A stretch of 64,000 nt of DNA from the NCBI GenBank assembly GCA_964424195.1, contig CAYRHT010000001.1, positions 70,102 to 134,101 of the forward strand, given 5' to 3'. The DNA comes from an uncultured Gammaproteobacteria bacterium (GTDB lineage: Bacteria; Patescibacteriota; Patescibacteriia; UBA1558; S5-K13). Every line of letters starts with the position of its first letter. Positions within the stretch are counted from its first letter, which is position 1. The notes beneath the pieces were generated by a model. That model searched no databases, was not told the origin of the DNA, and saw only the letters and a program-made list of their open reading frames with translations. Of this stretch, positions 1 through 8,718 are shown one piece after another. The translations under genes were made by a program, and so were the position numbers.

Positions 1-780
1 TTTATCTAATTTATTTTTAGAGCTTTCTTTTTCATTAAGATTATTTTTAATATTCTTAATTTCTTTCTTTATTTTGGAAACTAAAAAACCATAGTAATCA
101 TACTGTAGTCCTTCTAGTTTTTCTTTAACTTCTTTTTGTTTAGCTAACTTATTTACCTGTCTAGTTAAATATTTTAAACGAGGAGATATTTCATGAAGAA
201 TAGCTTTGCTTTGAGTTAAGTTATTTTGAGTTCTAGTATATTTATGTTGAGCTTTATCTTTTTTAATCTGATAGGCTTTAACTCCAGTAGCTTCATCAAA
301 GAAAGATTTTCGAGAAGCAGCTGATTGACTTAAAACTTGATCAATCATACCCTGACCGATAATAGAGTAGTTATGTTGTCCAAAGCTAGCTTTAGCTAAA
401 AGTAATTGAATATCAATTAATCTAACTTTTGATTTATTAATAATGTATTCGCTTTCTCCAGTTCTAAAAACTCTTCTAGTAATTACTACTTCTTTGTAAT
501 CAATTGGTATTTTCCCATCAGAATTGTCTAAGTGAAGGCTAACTTCAGCCATACCCAAACGACTTTTTTTATCTGAACCAGCAAAAATAACTTCTTCGGC
601 TTTTTTAGTCCGAAGAATCTTTTGACTTTGTTCACCTGTAGCCCATCTAATGGCATCTGCTATATTTGATTTTCCAGAACCATTAGGCCCGACAATAGCA
701 GTTAGGTTTCTATTAAATTGTAGTTCAGTTTTATTTGCAAAAGACTTAAAGCCTTGCAATTCAATCTTTTTAAGAAACAT
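1..780 (-). CDS. smc: Chromosome segregation protein SMC, N-terminal part; the gene runs off the window start
   Basis: Reverse-strand translation from the ATG at 780 gives MFLKKIELQGFKSFANKTELQFNRNLTAIVGPNGSGKSNIADAIRWATGEQS (Walker A plus SMC head), then coiled-coil sequence. The ORF is truncated at the window edge, so it is absent from the ORF track. The rnc-smc order is typical. Confidence 0.8.
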   Translation of the reverse strand, partial: MFLKKIELQGFKSFANKTELQFNRNLTAIVGPNGSGKSNIADAIRWATGEQSQKILRTKKAEEVIFAGSDKKSRLGMAEVSLHLDNSDGKIPIDYKEVVITRRVFRTGESEYIINKSKVRLIDIQLLLAKASFGQHNYSIIGQGMIDQVLSQSAASRKSFFDEATGVKAYQIKKDKAQHKYTRTQNNLTQSKAILHEISPRLKYLTRQVNKLAKQKEVKEKLEGLQYDYYGFLVSKIKKEIKNIKNNLNEKESSKNKLDK

Positions 781-793
781 CTATTTTTTTGTT

Positions 794-1489
794 TTACCAA
801 TCTTTTTTTTCTAAACCTAATTTAGCGGCATTTACTTCAGCTTCCTGTTTAGAAGTTCCAGTAGCTTCAGTTATTAATTCTTTTTCTATATATAGTCCTA
901 CTGTAAATATTTTTTTGTGATCAGGTCCTTTTTCTCCGAGTAAGTTGTAGTGAGGAGTGATATTATACATTTCCTGAGACTTTTCTTGAAACTTTGTTTT
1001 TGGATCTAGATATAGTTCTTTTTCAACTATTTCATCAGCTTTGCATAGGAAATATTTTTCAATAAATTCAGTTGCTTTTTCATATCCTTGATCTAGATAG
1101 ATAGCTCCAATAATTGCTTCCATACAATTAGCTAAAATATATCTTCGAGCCTTAGTACTTTTGTCTCTAGATTCTCCATGACTTAAGTAGAGATATTTTT
1201 CAACTTCTAATTGTTCACCAGTATCTGCTAAACTGACAGAGTTTACAATACTAGCTCTAATATTTGTTAAATCACCCTCTGGTCTTTCCGGAAACTTATT
1301 AAAAAGATACTCGGTGGAGATTAATTCTAGAACAGCATCACCTAAAAATTCTAGTCTTTCATTGTGCCCTAGTTTAAAATTATGATTCTCGTTTAAAAAA
1401 GACCGATGCACAAAGGCTTGTCTTAATAGTTCCAGATTATTGAAGGGAAATTTAATTTTTTTAGAAAATTGTTCAATTTTGTCTTTCAT
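794..1489 (-). CDS. rnc: Ribonuclease III
   Basis: RNase III signature ERLEFLGDAVLELISTEYLF with a C-terminal dsRBD; 231 aa. Confidence 0.93.
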   Translation of the reverse strand: MKDKIEQFSKKIKFPFNNLELLRQAFVHRSFLNENHNFKLGHNERLEFLGDAVLELISTEYLFNKFPERPEGDLTNIRASIVNSVSLADTGEQLEVEKYLYLSHGESRDKSTKARRYILANCMEAIIGAIYLDQGYEKATEFIEKYFLCKADEIVEKELYLDPKTKFQEKSQEMYNITPHYNLLGEKGPDHKKIFTVGLYIEKELITEATGTSKQEAEVNAAKLGLEKKDW

Positions 1490-1506
1490 ATACCTATATT
1501 ATATCA

Positions 1507-1974
1507 TTATTTTTTAGTTTCGACATTAGATTTTTTAGTTTCAACTTCAACTTCTAATTCTTCACCAGTTATTTCTTTATAAATAGCTCCGAGAACGCCA
1601 TTAATGAATTTACTACTATTATCACCACCATATTTTTTAGCTAATTCAATAGCTTCATTGATAGCTACTTTAGGAGGGATAGTGTCATTATATTTTAATT
1701 CATAAATACCAATTCGAAGTATATTTCGGTCAACAATACTAATTTGCTTTAAAGGCCATTCTGGAGCATGTTCAGTTATTAGGTTATTTAGCTCTTTCCA
1801 TTTTTCAACTATATTTTTCAATAATTGAGAAGCAAAATCATCTTCATCATTACTAGGAGTGAATTCTTTTTTTGTATATTCTAATATTTTTTCTGGATTG
1901 TCTTGAGTTTTATTAAAATCCCAAGCAAAAAGACTTTGGAGAACTAATACTCTAGACATGTGACGATTTTGCAT
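1507..1974 (-). CDS. nusB: Transcription antitermination factor NusB
   Basis: [15 protein letters not shown]-terminus and NusB-like length (155 aa). Confidence 0.8.
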   Translation of the reverse strand: MQNRHMSRVLVLQSLFAWDFNKTQDNPEKILEYTKKEFTPSNDEDDFASQLLKNIVEKWKELNNLITEHAPEWPLKQISIVDRNILRIGIYELKYNDTIPPKVAINEAIELAKKYGGDNSSKFINGVLGAIYKEITGEELEVEVETKKSNVETKK

Positions 1975-2024
1975 AAATTTTAGTTGTTTTATTATTAATT
2001 TTTGGGTAAAAAAAGAAGCACAGC

Positions 2025-2249
2025 TTATTGCTTTGCCTCTTTTTCTTTTTTGTCTTTTTTCTTATCCAAAGCTGTTTCAACTTTGATAATTTCTTCACCT
2101 TTGTAATAACCACAGTTCTTACAAACTTTATGAGGTAAAATCATTGTTTTACATTTAGAACATTTTACCAAACCTGTTTGTTTAAGTGCATGATGTGATC
2201 TTCTTCTATCTCTAGATGATGAAGTTCTTCGTTTTTTAGGTACGGACAT
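2025..2249 (-). CDS. rpmF: 50S ribosomal protein L32 with a Lys-rich C-terminal extension
   Basis: [23 protein letters not shown] plus a CxxC...CxxC zinc ribbon; 74 aa, longer than canonical L32. Confidence 0.85.
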   Translation of the reverse strand: MSVPKKRRTSSSRDRRRSHHALKQTGLVKCSKCKTMILPHKVCKNCGYYKGEEIIKVETALDKKKDKKEKEAKQ

Positions 2250-2318
2250 ATAAATTCAATTTTAATTGATTATAAGAAGATTCTATACTATTTTAGAGGA
2301 TTTGTCAAAGATTAGTGC

Positions 2319-2347
2319 TTGACATTTTTGAATATATGTGCTATAAT
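2319..2347 (+). promoter_or_regulatory. Perfect-consensus sigma70-type promoter, TTGACA-17 nt-TATAAT
   Basis: TTGACA at 2319-2324, an exact 17-nt spacer, TATAAT at 2342-2347. A strong SD (AAAGGGAGGAAG) precedes the ATG at 2374. Confidence 0.5.
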
Positions 2348-2373
2348 TATATTAATTAGAAAAGGGAGGAAGT

Positions 2374-2844
2374 ATGAAAAAATTAGTATTAATCATGTTA
2401 TTGGTGTTAAGTATTGTTGGTCTCTTGGCTCGTCCAACTCCAACGAAATTATTGCCTCAAGCAATAATTGTTTATGGAGAAAGACTTCCGGAACATGCAA
2501 CTCTTACAACACTGCTTGACATTCAGATGGATAATGGAATGTATCCGGAAATAACATGGGGAGACACTGTATTAGTACTCTTGAGAAAAGCTCCGGAAAA
2601 GGGTTATAGAGATTTTGTCTTCCAAAAAATCACGACTCCGATTACTATGATGGAATTAGATTTGATGCCAGGACAGCTGACAAAAGAGATTGTTCTTGTT
2701 TGTTCGAAAGAGTATTACATTCTTTTGAAAGAAGAATTTCAAAGAATTGATGTTTGCCCGGATGCAATGGTATTGGGAGAAAGTTTCTATGCTATCTTTT
2801 TGGACGAGGGGGATTTAAAAATTCTCCTTCAGGAACATGGTTAG
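2374..2844 (+). CDS. Small secreted hypothetical protein; the gene has elevated GC
   Basis: N-terminal signal peptide MKKLVLIMLLVLSIVGLLA. Codons such as CCG, CGT, CTG and ACG are atypical for the surrounding AT-rich genes. No recognisable family. Confidence 0.55.
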   Translation: MKKLVLIMLLVLSIVGLLARPTPTKLLPQAIIVYGERLPEHATLTTLLDIQMDNGMYPEITWGDTVLVLLRKAPEKGYRDFVFQKITTPITMMELDLMPGQLTKEIVLVCSKEYYILLKEEFQRIDVCPDAMVLGESFYAIFLDEGDLKILLQEHG

Positions 2845-2867
2845 AAAGAATAAAACTTTAAAACGAA

Positions 2868-2900
2868 AAGCTACCGATGACAATTCATTGGTAGCTTTTT
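2868..2900. terminator. Intrinsic terminator hairpin between convergent genes
   Basis: AAAGCTACC-loop-GGTAGCTTT stem followed by a T-run, downstream of the 2374 gene and of valS. Confidence 0.5.
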
Positions 2901-2915
2901 AAATTGTTTAAAACT

Positions 2916-5900
2916 TTATTTACTCATCTTAGCTAATAATTCTTCAGCTTCGGCTAACTTTTTCTTTTCTTGTTCTACTATTTCAGTAGGAGCATTGTCT
3001 ACGAACTTTTCATTATTTAATTTATTCTCTAGGGACTTGATATATGATCTTAAATTAGCGATTTCTTTCTCATTAGATTTTTTAATATCTACATTTAGAT
3101 ATATTTTAATGTTTGGTAGATGAATTTTAGTATTTAACTTTTCTCCTGTTCTTAGATTTTTAACTCGAGCTAATTTTTCAATAATAGGTGATTGAGTATT
3201 AATTAATTTATCATATTTTTTACTAATAATTAAACATTCGATGAATTTTGCAGGATCAATTTTGTTTTCGTTCTTAAATTTTCTAATCTCAGCAATAATG
3301 TTTTTAATTATTTGAAACTCTTCTTGAGTTTTTTTATCTTCTTTGTATTTTTTAAGTTCTGGCCATCTTTGAATTAACAATAAATCTGTTTTAAAGTTTT
3401 TCCAGATCACTTCAGTGATGTAAGGAGTGAAAGGATGCCAGAGTTTAAGTAAGTTTTGAAGGATGTAGAGTAAAATTTCATCTTTGTCTCCTTCAACTTT
3501 AGCTATTTCTAAATACCAATCAGCTAATTTATTCCAAGTGAAGTCATATAGTTCTTCGCCAGCTGGAGAGAATTGGAATTTATCAATCTTATCAGTAATC
3601 CCAAAAGTAATTTTATCTAACTCATCTAAAATCCATTTATCAGCCAAAGTTTTAACTTTAGGTTTCTTTTCTATTAATTTAACTTCTTCAACGCTAGTTA
3701 ATATATATCTAGATATATTCCAAAGCTTGTTTACGAAGTTTCGATAACCAGCAATTTTTTCATCATAAAGTTTTACATCATTTCCAGGAGTAGAACCAAC
3801 TATCATAGAAAGTCTTAGAGCATCAGCTCCGTAATCTTTAATCATTTCTAGAGGATCAATACCATTACCTAAAGACTTTGACATCTTTCGTCCTTGTTTA
3901 TCTCTTACTAATCCATGTAAATATACGGTATCAAATGGTTTTTCATTTAAAGCATAGGTAGTCATTAAGATCATTCGAGCTACCCAGAAGAAGAGAATAT
4001 CATAACCAGTTTCCATTACAGAATTAGGGTGGAATTCTTTTAAATCTTTAGTTTTGTCTGGTCCACCAAGAGTACTGAAAGTCCATAAACCAGAAGAAAA
4101 CCAAGTATCTAGAGTGTCAGGATCTTGTTTTAATTCTTTGAGTTTATAATGATTGTCAGGAATATCAAAACTTATTGGTTTATCAAAACTAGTTTTATAT
4201 TCTGAAAGTTCAAGAGGACTTTCATTAACCATTAAGCTTCTAATATATCTTATTAAAGTACCATGACAAACTATTAAAATTTTCTTTCCTTTATTATTTT
4301 TAAGAGTTTCTTCTAGAAATATTTCAATTCTCTTTAAAACTTCAGCTGGACTCTCTTCTGAATCACCAGGAATATCATAATTTAATTTGTCTTTTGAATA
4401 ACCAGGATGTTGTTTTTTAAATTTTTCATCTTTTTTAACCCCTTCAAATTCTCCAAATCCTTTTTCAACTAATAGTTTATTTGTTTCTAAAGGTAATTTA
4501 AGGTTTTCGTTTAATATTTCAGCAGTTTGTTTAGCTCTTTTTAGAGGAGAACTTATTATTAAATCATAATTCTCTTTTTTAATTTTTGGTATTAAATCTT
4601 TGATAGCTTGAGTATTCATTTCGTCTAGAGGAGTGTCTTTTTTACCTTGGATTATTTTTTCTTTATTCCAATCAGTTATTCCATGTCTCATGAAAGAAAG
4701 CTTGGTAATATCTTTAGGAACAATTATTTCATCACCTTTATACCAAACTGGAATTCGATGTCCAAACCAAATTTGACGAGAAATACACCAATCTCTAAGA
4801 TTATCCATCCATTGGAAGTAAGTTTTATTAAATCGATCAGGAATAATTTCAATTTCTTTCTTTTTAACTACTTCGGAGGCTAATTGTTTCAGTGTTTTAT
4901 TCTTTCTTTTCTTAATTGGCTTATTTACATTTACAAACCATTGTTCAGAAGGAAGTGGTTCAATTGGAGTTCCACAACGATAGCAAACCGAGAGGTTATG
5001 AACATAATTTTCATCAATCTTTTCAACTAAGCCTTTAGATTTTAATATTTCTACTACTTTTTTACGAGCTTCTTTAACTGGTAAACCAGCTAAATCTCCA
5101 GCAGCTTCAGTCATCTGACCTTCTTTGTTAATAATTTCTTCAATTTTTAAATTATATTTTTGAGCTAATTCATAATCTATCATGGAATGAGCGGGAGTAA
5201 TTGTCATAGCACCAGTTCCCATTTCCATATCTGCAGACATATCAGCAATTACTTGAGTTTTAATTTTTCCGTCTATCCATTCTACTTCAAATTCTTTACC
5301 AACGATATCTTTATATCTCTTATCTTGAGGATGAACAATTATTACTTTATCAGAAAACTTTGTTTCCGGACGAGCTGTTCCAATAACTACTGGACCATAT
5401 TTAAAGTAATAAAAAGGTGATGTTTGTTCTTTGTATTCTACTTCATCGTCAGCTAAGGTTGATTGGCAGTGAGGGCACCAATTTACAACTCTTTTGCCTC
5501 GATAGATAAGAGCATCGTTATACATATCTATAAAAACTTTTTGAACTGCTTTAGTTGATCCTTCATCCATGGTATATCTTTCTCGAGACCAGTCTAAAGA
5601 AGAACCCATCTTTTGAAGTTGTTTTTTAATTACTGTTTTAGATTCGTTTACAAACTTGTCAACTTCTTCTAGAAATTTTTCTCTTCCAATTTGATGACGA
5701 TCAATCCCTTGAGCTTTTAATTTTTTATCCACCACAGTTTGAGTAGCAATCGCAGCATGATCCATTCCTGGTAGCCAAAGAGTCTTATCACCTTTCATTC
5801 GATGATATCGAACCATAAGGTCTTGATAGGCAAGCATAGCAGCGTGTCCAATATGGAGCTGTCCAGTTACATTAGGGGGAGGGAGGACAATAGAGAATGT

Positions 5901-6005
5901 TTCTTTATTTCTATTTGGTAAATTGTCAGGGTTAAAATATCCAGAATTTAACCATTCTGAATAAATGTCATCTTCAAATTTTTTAGCTTCGTATGCCTTT
6001 TTCAT
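2916..6005 (-). CDS. valS: Valyl-tRNA synthetase with an inserted histidine-phosphatase-like domain
   Basis: HIGH motif (PNVTGQLHIGHA), KMSKS motif, editing-domain region, WCISRQIWFGHRIPVWY and DTWFSSGLW blocks. At 1029 aa it is about 150 aa longer than typical ValRS. Confidence 0.93.
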   Translation of the reverse strand: MKKAYEAKKFEDDIYSEWLNSGYFNPDNLPNRNKETFSIVLPPPNVTGQLHIGHAAMLAYQDLMVRYHRMKGDKTLWLPGMDHAAIATQTVVDKKLKAQGIDRHQIGREKFLEEVDKFVNESKTVIKKQLQKMGSSLDWSRERYTMDEGSTKAVQKVFIDMYNDALIYRGKRVVNWCPHCQSTLADDEVEYKEQTSPFYYFKYGPVVIGTARPETKFSDKVIIVHPQDKRYKDIVGKEFEVEWIDGKIKTQVIADMSADMEMGTGAMTITPAHSMIDYELAQKYNLKIEEIINKEGQMTEAAGDLAGLPVKEARKKVVEILKSKGLVEKIDENYVHNLSVCYRCGTPIEPLPSEQWFVNVNKPIKKRKNKTLKQLASEVVKKKEIEIIPDRFNKTYFQWMDNLRDWCISRQIWFGHRIPVWYKGDEIIVPKDITKLSFMRHGITDWNKEKIIQGKKDTPLDEMNTQAIKDLIPKIKKENYDLIISSPLKRAKQTAEILNENLKLPLETNKLLVEKGFGEFEGVKKDEKFKKQHPGYSKDKLNYDIPGDSEESPAEVLKRIEIFLEETLKNNKGKKILIVCHGTLIRYIRSLMVNESPLELSEYKTSFDKPISFDIPDNHYKLKELKQDPDTLDTWFSSGLWTFSTLGGPDKTKDLKEFHPNSVMETGYDILFFWVARMILMTTYALNEKPFDTVYLHGLVRDKQGRKMSKSLGNGIDPLEMIKDYGADALRLSMIVGSTPGNDVKLYDEKIAGYRNFVNKLWNISRYILTSVEEVKLIEKKPKVKTLADKWILDELDKITFGITDKIDKFQFSPAGEELYDFTWNKLADWYLEIAKVEGDKDEILLYILQNLLKLWHPFTPYITEVIWKNFKTDLLLIQRWPELKKYKEDKKTQEEFQIIKNIIAEIRKFKNENKIDPAKFIECLIISKKYDKLINTQSPIIEKLARVKNLRTGEKLNTKIHLPNIKIYLNVDIKKSNEKEIANLRSYIKSLENKLNNEKFVDNAPTEIVEQEKKKLAEAEELLAKMSK
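4161..4712 (-). other. Histidine phosphatase (phosphoglycerate-mutase superfamily)-like domain inserted inside valS, about aa 432-615
   Basis: FMRHGITDWN (the RHG motif) and a downstream ILIVCHGTLIR (second catalytic His), about 180 aa, sit between the ValRS blocks WFGHRIPVWY and DPDTLDTWFSSGLW. Confidence 0.6.
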
Positions 6006-6074
6006 ATTATATATAATGATGAGATTAAAAGGTTACTATTTTAGTATAACAATAAATTTAAACTTAAAAAACTC

Positions 6075-6103
6075 TTGACAAAATAGTAAATATATTATAC
6101 TAT
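6075..6103 (+). promoter_or_regulatory. Candidate promoter for the 6145 gene (TTGACA, 15-17 nt spacer, TATACT/TACTAT)
   Basis: TTGACA at 6075-6080 with TATACT-like hexamers 15-17 nt downstream. An AT-rich background makes such matches common. Confidence 0.3.
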
Positions 6104-6144
6104 TAAGTGTTAGGTTTAATAAAAAAATGTGTTAAGGGGGAAAG

Positions 6145-6579
6145 ATGAAAAAGAGAACATTAAATTTGTTTTGGGGAATGATGATTTTGTTGAATGCTGG
6201 ATTAATACCAATGTTGATAATTAGTTTATTTTTAAAATCAGATTCGTTTGATTATCAATGGATGATGATTGCTTTTATCAATTCAGTTATTACCTTTTTT
6301 GTAAGTATTTTTGTTAAAAGGGTGTTGGTATTTGAATCTTGGGAATTTCTTCATTATTCTTTCAATATTTTGACAGGAATACTTTTGGGATTAGCTTTAG
6401 TGATGTGCAGGTTTTTCCCAGTTGTTAGACGAGCATTTGATGTTCATAGTAGCCAGGTTTTTGATCAAATGCCAATATTGATAATTTTTACCGCGATTGG
6501 AGGTGTAGCATATGTTATTTCGAATATTTTGAATATTATTTTTTATTTGAAATACATAAAATTATCGTTCAATGATTAA
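6145..6579 (+). CDS. Hypothetical polytopic membrane protein
   Basis: 144 aa with about four hydrophobic helices; no recognisable motif. Confidence 0.45.
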   Translation: MKKRTLNLFWGMMILLNAGLIPMLIISLFLKSDSFDYQWMMIAFINSVITFFVSIFVKRVLVFESWEFLHYSFNILTGILLGLALVMCRFFPVVRRAFDVHSSQVFDQMPILIIFTAIGGVAYVISNILNIIFYLKYIKLSFND

Positions 6580-6658
6580 ATTAGTTTTAAAAAATGAAGC
6601 TCACGGCAATCAGTTTGTTGTGAGTTTTTTTATTTTAAGAGCGTAAAATAAAATTTAT

Positions 6659-7081
6659 TTAAGTATCAATTATTCTTTCGTTTTCTTTCTTTCCTAATTT
6701 AAATTTAATGTATTTAGTTCTCTTAGGTAAGCTATCTTTAATTTTATCAGCCCATTCAATTAAAACAAGGCTTTGATCATCATTTAAATAATCTTTTATC
6801 CCAATATCTATTAAAGATTCATAATCTTCAAAGCGATAACAATCAATATGAACTAAATTAGTATATTTCTTATCACCTTTAATCTTATACACTTTCATTA
6901 CTACAAAAGTAGGGCTAGTGATATTTTTAATATTAAAATATTCTCCAACTCCTTTAGTAAAAGCTGTTTTACCAGAACCTAGGTCTCCAATTAAACCAAT
7001 TACATTAGTATCAAAAGAATTAACTAGTTTTTTGCCTAGTTTTAAGGTTTCATTTAATGATTTTGTAGTATATTTATTCAC
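6659..7081 (-). CDS. tsaE: tRNA threonylcarbamoyladenosine biosynthesis ATPase TsaE
   Basis: P-loop GLIGDLGSGKTAFTKG and TsaE/YjeE-like length. Confidence 0.8.
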   Translation of the reverse strand: MNKYTTKSLNETLKLGKKLVNSFDTNVIGLIGDLGSGKTAFTKGVGEYFNIKNITSPTFVVMKVYKIKGDKKYTNLVHIDCYRFEDYESLIDIGIKDYLNDDQSLVLIEWADKIKDSLPKRTKYIKFKLGKKENERIIDT

Positions 7082-7128
7082 TTGGATTTGAAGTATTAAG
7101 TAAGTTTATTTTTTTTCTGTGATTTTGA

Positions 7129-7365
7129 TTATAATCTGTATGTTTTTTCATTTCGTAAACGAATAGCATCAATAATTACTTCTTTTTCTTCTAAATGATA
7201 TATTATTCTAAATTTTCCAGACTTAACTCGATAAAAATTAGTATTTTTTATTTTAACAATGTTAAGATTTTTTTTGTTATTACTAATTAATTTTTGGATA
7301 ACAAAAAGAAGTCTCTGACGATCAGACTGACTGATTTTCATTAATAATTTTTGAATTTTATCCAT
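7129..7365 (-). CDS. RelE/ParE-family type II toxin
   Basis: 78 aa. FYRVKSGKFRIIYHLEEKEVIIDAIRLRNEKTY matches the RelE/ParE C-terminal pattern. It abuts the upstream antitoxin gene. Confidence 0.65.
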   Translation of the reverse strand: MDKIQKLLMKISQSDRQRLLFVIQKLISNNKKNLNIVKIKNTNFYRVKSGKFRIIYHLEEKEVIIDAIRLRNEKTYRL

Positions 7366-7605
7366 TTAAGTACTTTTCTTTAATATCTTAACGAGGTCTT
7401 TAGCTTTAATTCCTTTACCTTTATTATCACGAATAGCATCAAAAACAGTGTATTCTTTTTTTTCTAAGTCATCAAGAAAAAGAGGACGAATTTCTAAACT
7501 CTCTCCCTTGTCTTTAATTAAAAAACGATTAGTTTTAAAATTATTTCTCCAACTAGCTGGAATCGTAATTTGACCTTTGGTAGTTGTTTTAGCGATAGTG
7601 TTCAT
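7366..7605 (-). CDS. AbrB/MazE/SpoVT-type antitoxin
   Basis: 79 aa. TKGQITIPASWR looped-hinge swapped-hairpin motif. Its stop codon sits directly before the toxin start. Confidence 0.6.
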   Translation of the reverse strand: MNTIAKTTTKGQITIPASWRNNFKTNRFLIKDKGESLEIRPLFLDDLEKKEYTVFDAIRDNKGKGIKAKDLVKILKKST

Positions 7606-7675
7606 ATATTTTGTATTAATGTATTACTTTCTTACATTATTACTTTATCAAATAAAGAATAAATAGTCAAGACAT

Positions 7676-8686
7676 CTATAATTCTAAATTAGCATCAGCC
7701 ATTAAACTAAAATTATTCTTTTGGGCTTTGTTTCTGTTAAAATATCCAGTTATAGCAATCATCGCAGCATTATCTCCAGTGTGTTTTAGTTCTGGAAAGT
7801 AAGTTTTGATATTCAATTCACTAGCTTTATCTTTTAAAGTTTCTCTTAATTCCTGATTAGCACTAACTCCTCCACCTAGGAGAATATTCTTCACTTTATA
7901 TTTTTGAGCAGCTTTAATTATCTTAAAACTTAAAACATCTACTACTGCTTCTTGAAATGAAAAACAATATTCATTAATTTTTTCCTCAGTCCATTTATTT
8001 TCTGCTTGAGCTTTGTAGAGAACAGCAGTTTTTAATCCTGAAAAGGACATCTGAAAGTCTTTAGTATTTTTCATTGGTCTCGGAAAGTTTAAATTATCTA
8101 TTCCTTTGTATTTTTTAGCTCTCTGAGAGATAATTGGACCCCCAGGATATCCTAAGTTTAAGATTTTAGCTACTTTGTCATATGCTTCTCCTACAGCATC
8201 ATCTACTGTAGTTCCAATTAATTTGTATTTTCCATAATCTTTCATTAAAAATATCTGAGTATGACCACCAGATACTACTACTGCTAAAGCTGGAAAAGTT
8301 TTTTTAGAAAATAGTTCAGGATGACTAAGCCAATTGGAATAAATATGAGCTTCAATGTGATTTATTGGAATTAGAGGTTTTTGATGAACATAAGAGAGAG
8401 TTTTAGCTAATTCTACACCAGTCATTAAAGAAGTAATTAATCCCGGACCATAAGTTACAGCAATATTATCAATTTTTTTAAAATTAATTTTAGCTTGTTT
8501 TAGAATAGGAAAAAAATTCTCCGCATGATGTCGAGCAGCAATTTCTGGAACTATTCCGCCATATTGTTTGTGAATATTAATTTGTGATGAAATAATACTC
8601 TTTTTAATTCTAACTTTATTATTTTTTATTTCTAATAAAGCAATAGCACTCTCATCACAAGAAGATTCTATTCCGAGAATAAACAT
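7676..8686 (-). CDS. tsaD: tRNA N6-adenosine threonylcarbamoyltransferase TsaD
   Basis: MFILGIESSCDESAIAL N-terminus, HIEAHI metal site, 336 aa. Confidence 0.9.
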   Translation of the reverse strand: MFILGIESSCDESAIALLEIKNNKVRIKKSIISSQINIHKQYGGIVPEIAARHHAENFFPILKQAKINFKKIDNIAVTYGPGLITSLMTGVELAKTLSYVHQKPLIPINHIEAHIYSNWLSHPELFSKKTFPALAVVVSGGHTQIFLMKDYGKYKLIGTTVDDAVGEAYDKVAKILNLGYPGGPIISQRAKKYKGIDNLNFPRPMKNTKDFQMSFSGLKTAVLYKAQAENKWTEEKINEYCFSFQEAVVDVLSFKIIKAAQKYKVKNILLGGGVSANQELRETLKDKASELNIKTYFPELKHTGDNAAMIAITGYFNRNKAQKNNFSLMADANLEL

Positions 8687-8718
8687 ATATTATTTTAATT
8701 TGAGAATTTACTTGGAGT

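Noticed and set aside
2319-2519. 66-aa ORF overlapping the consensus promoter and the start of the 2374 gene
   Set aside because: It would start inside the -35 element and overlaps the better-supported signal-peptide gene in another frame.
3484-5420. Several 77-87-aa plus-strand ORFs inside valS, and similar antisense ORFs inside leuS, the giant gene and the repeat-protein gene
   Set aside because: They lie antisense within well-supported long genes. Their composition reflects the mirror codon bias of AT-rich DNA, and they have no RBS or homolog-like motifs.
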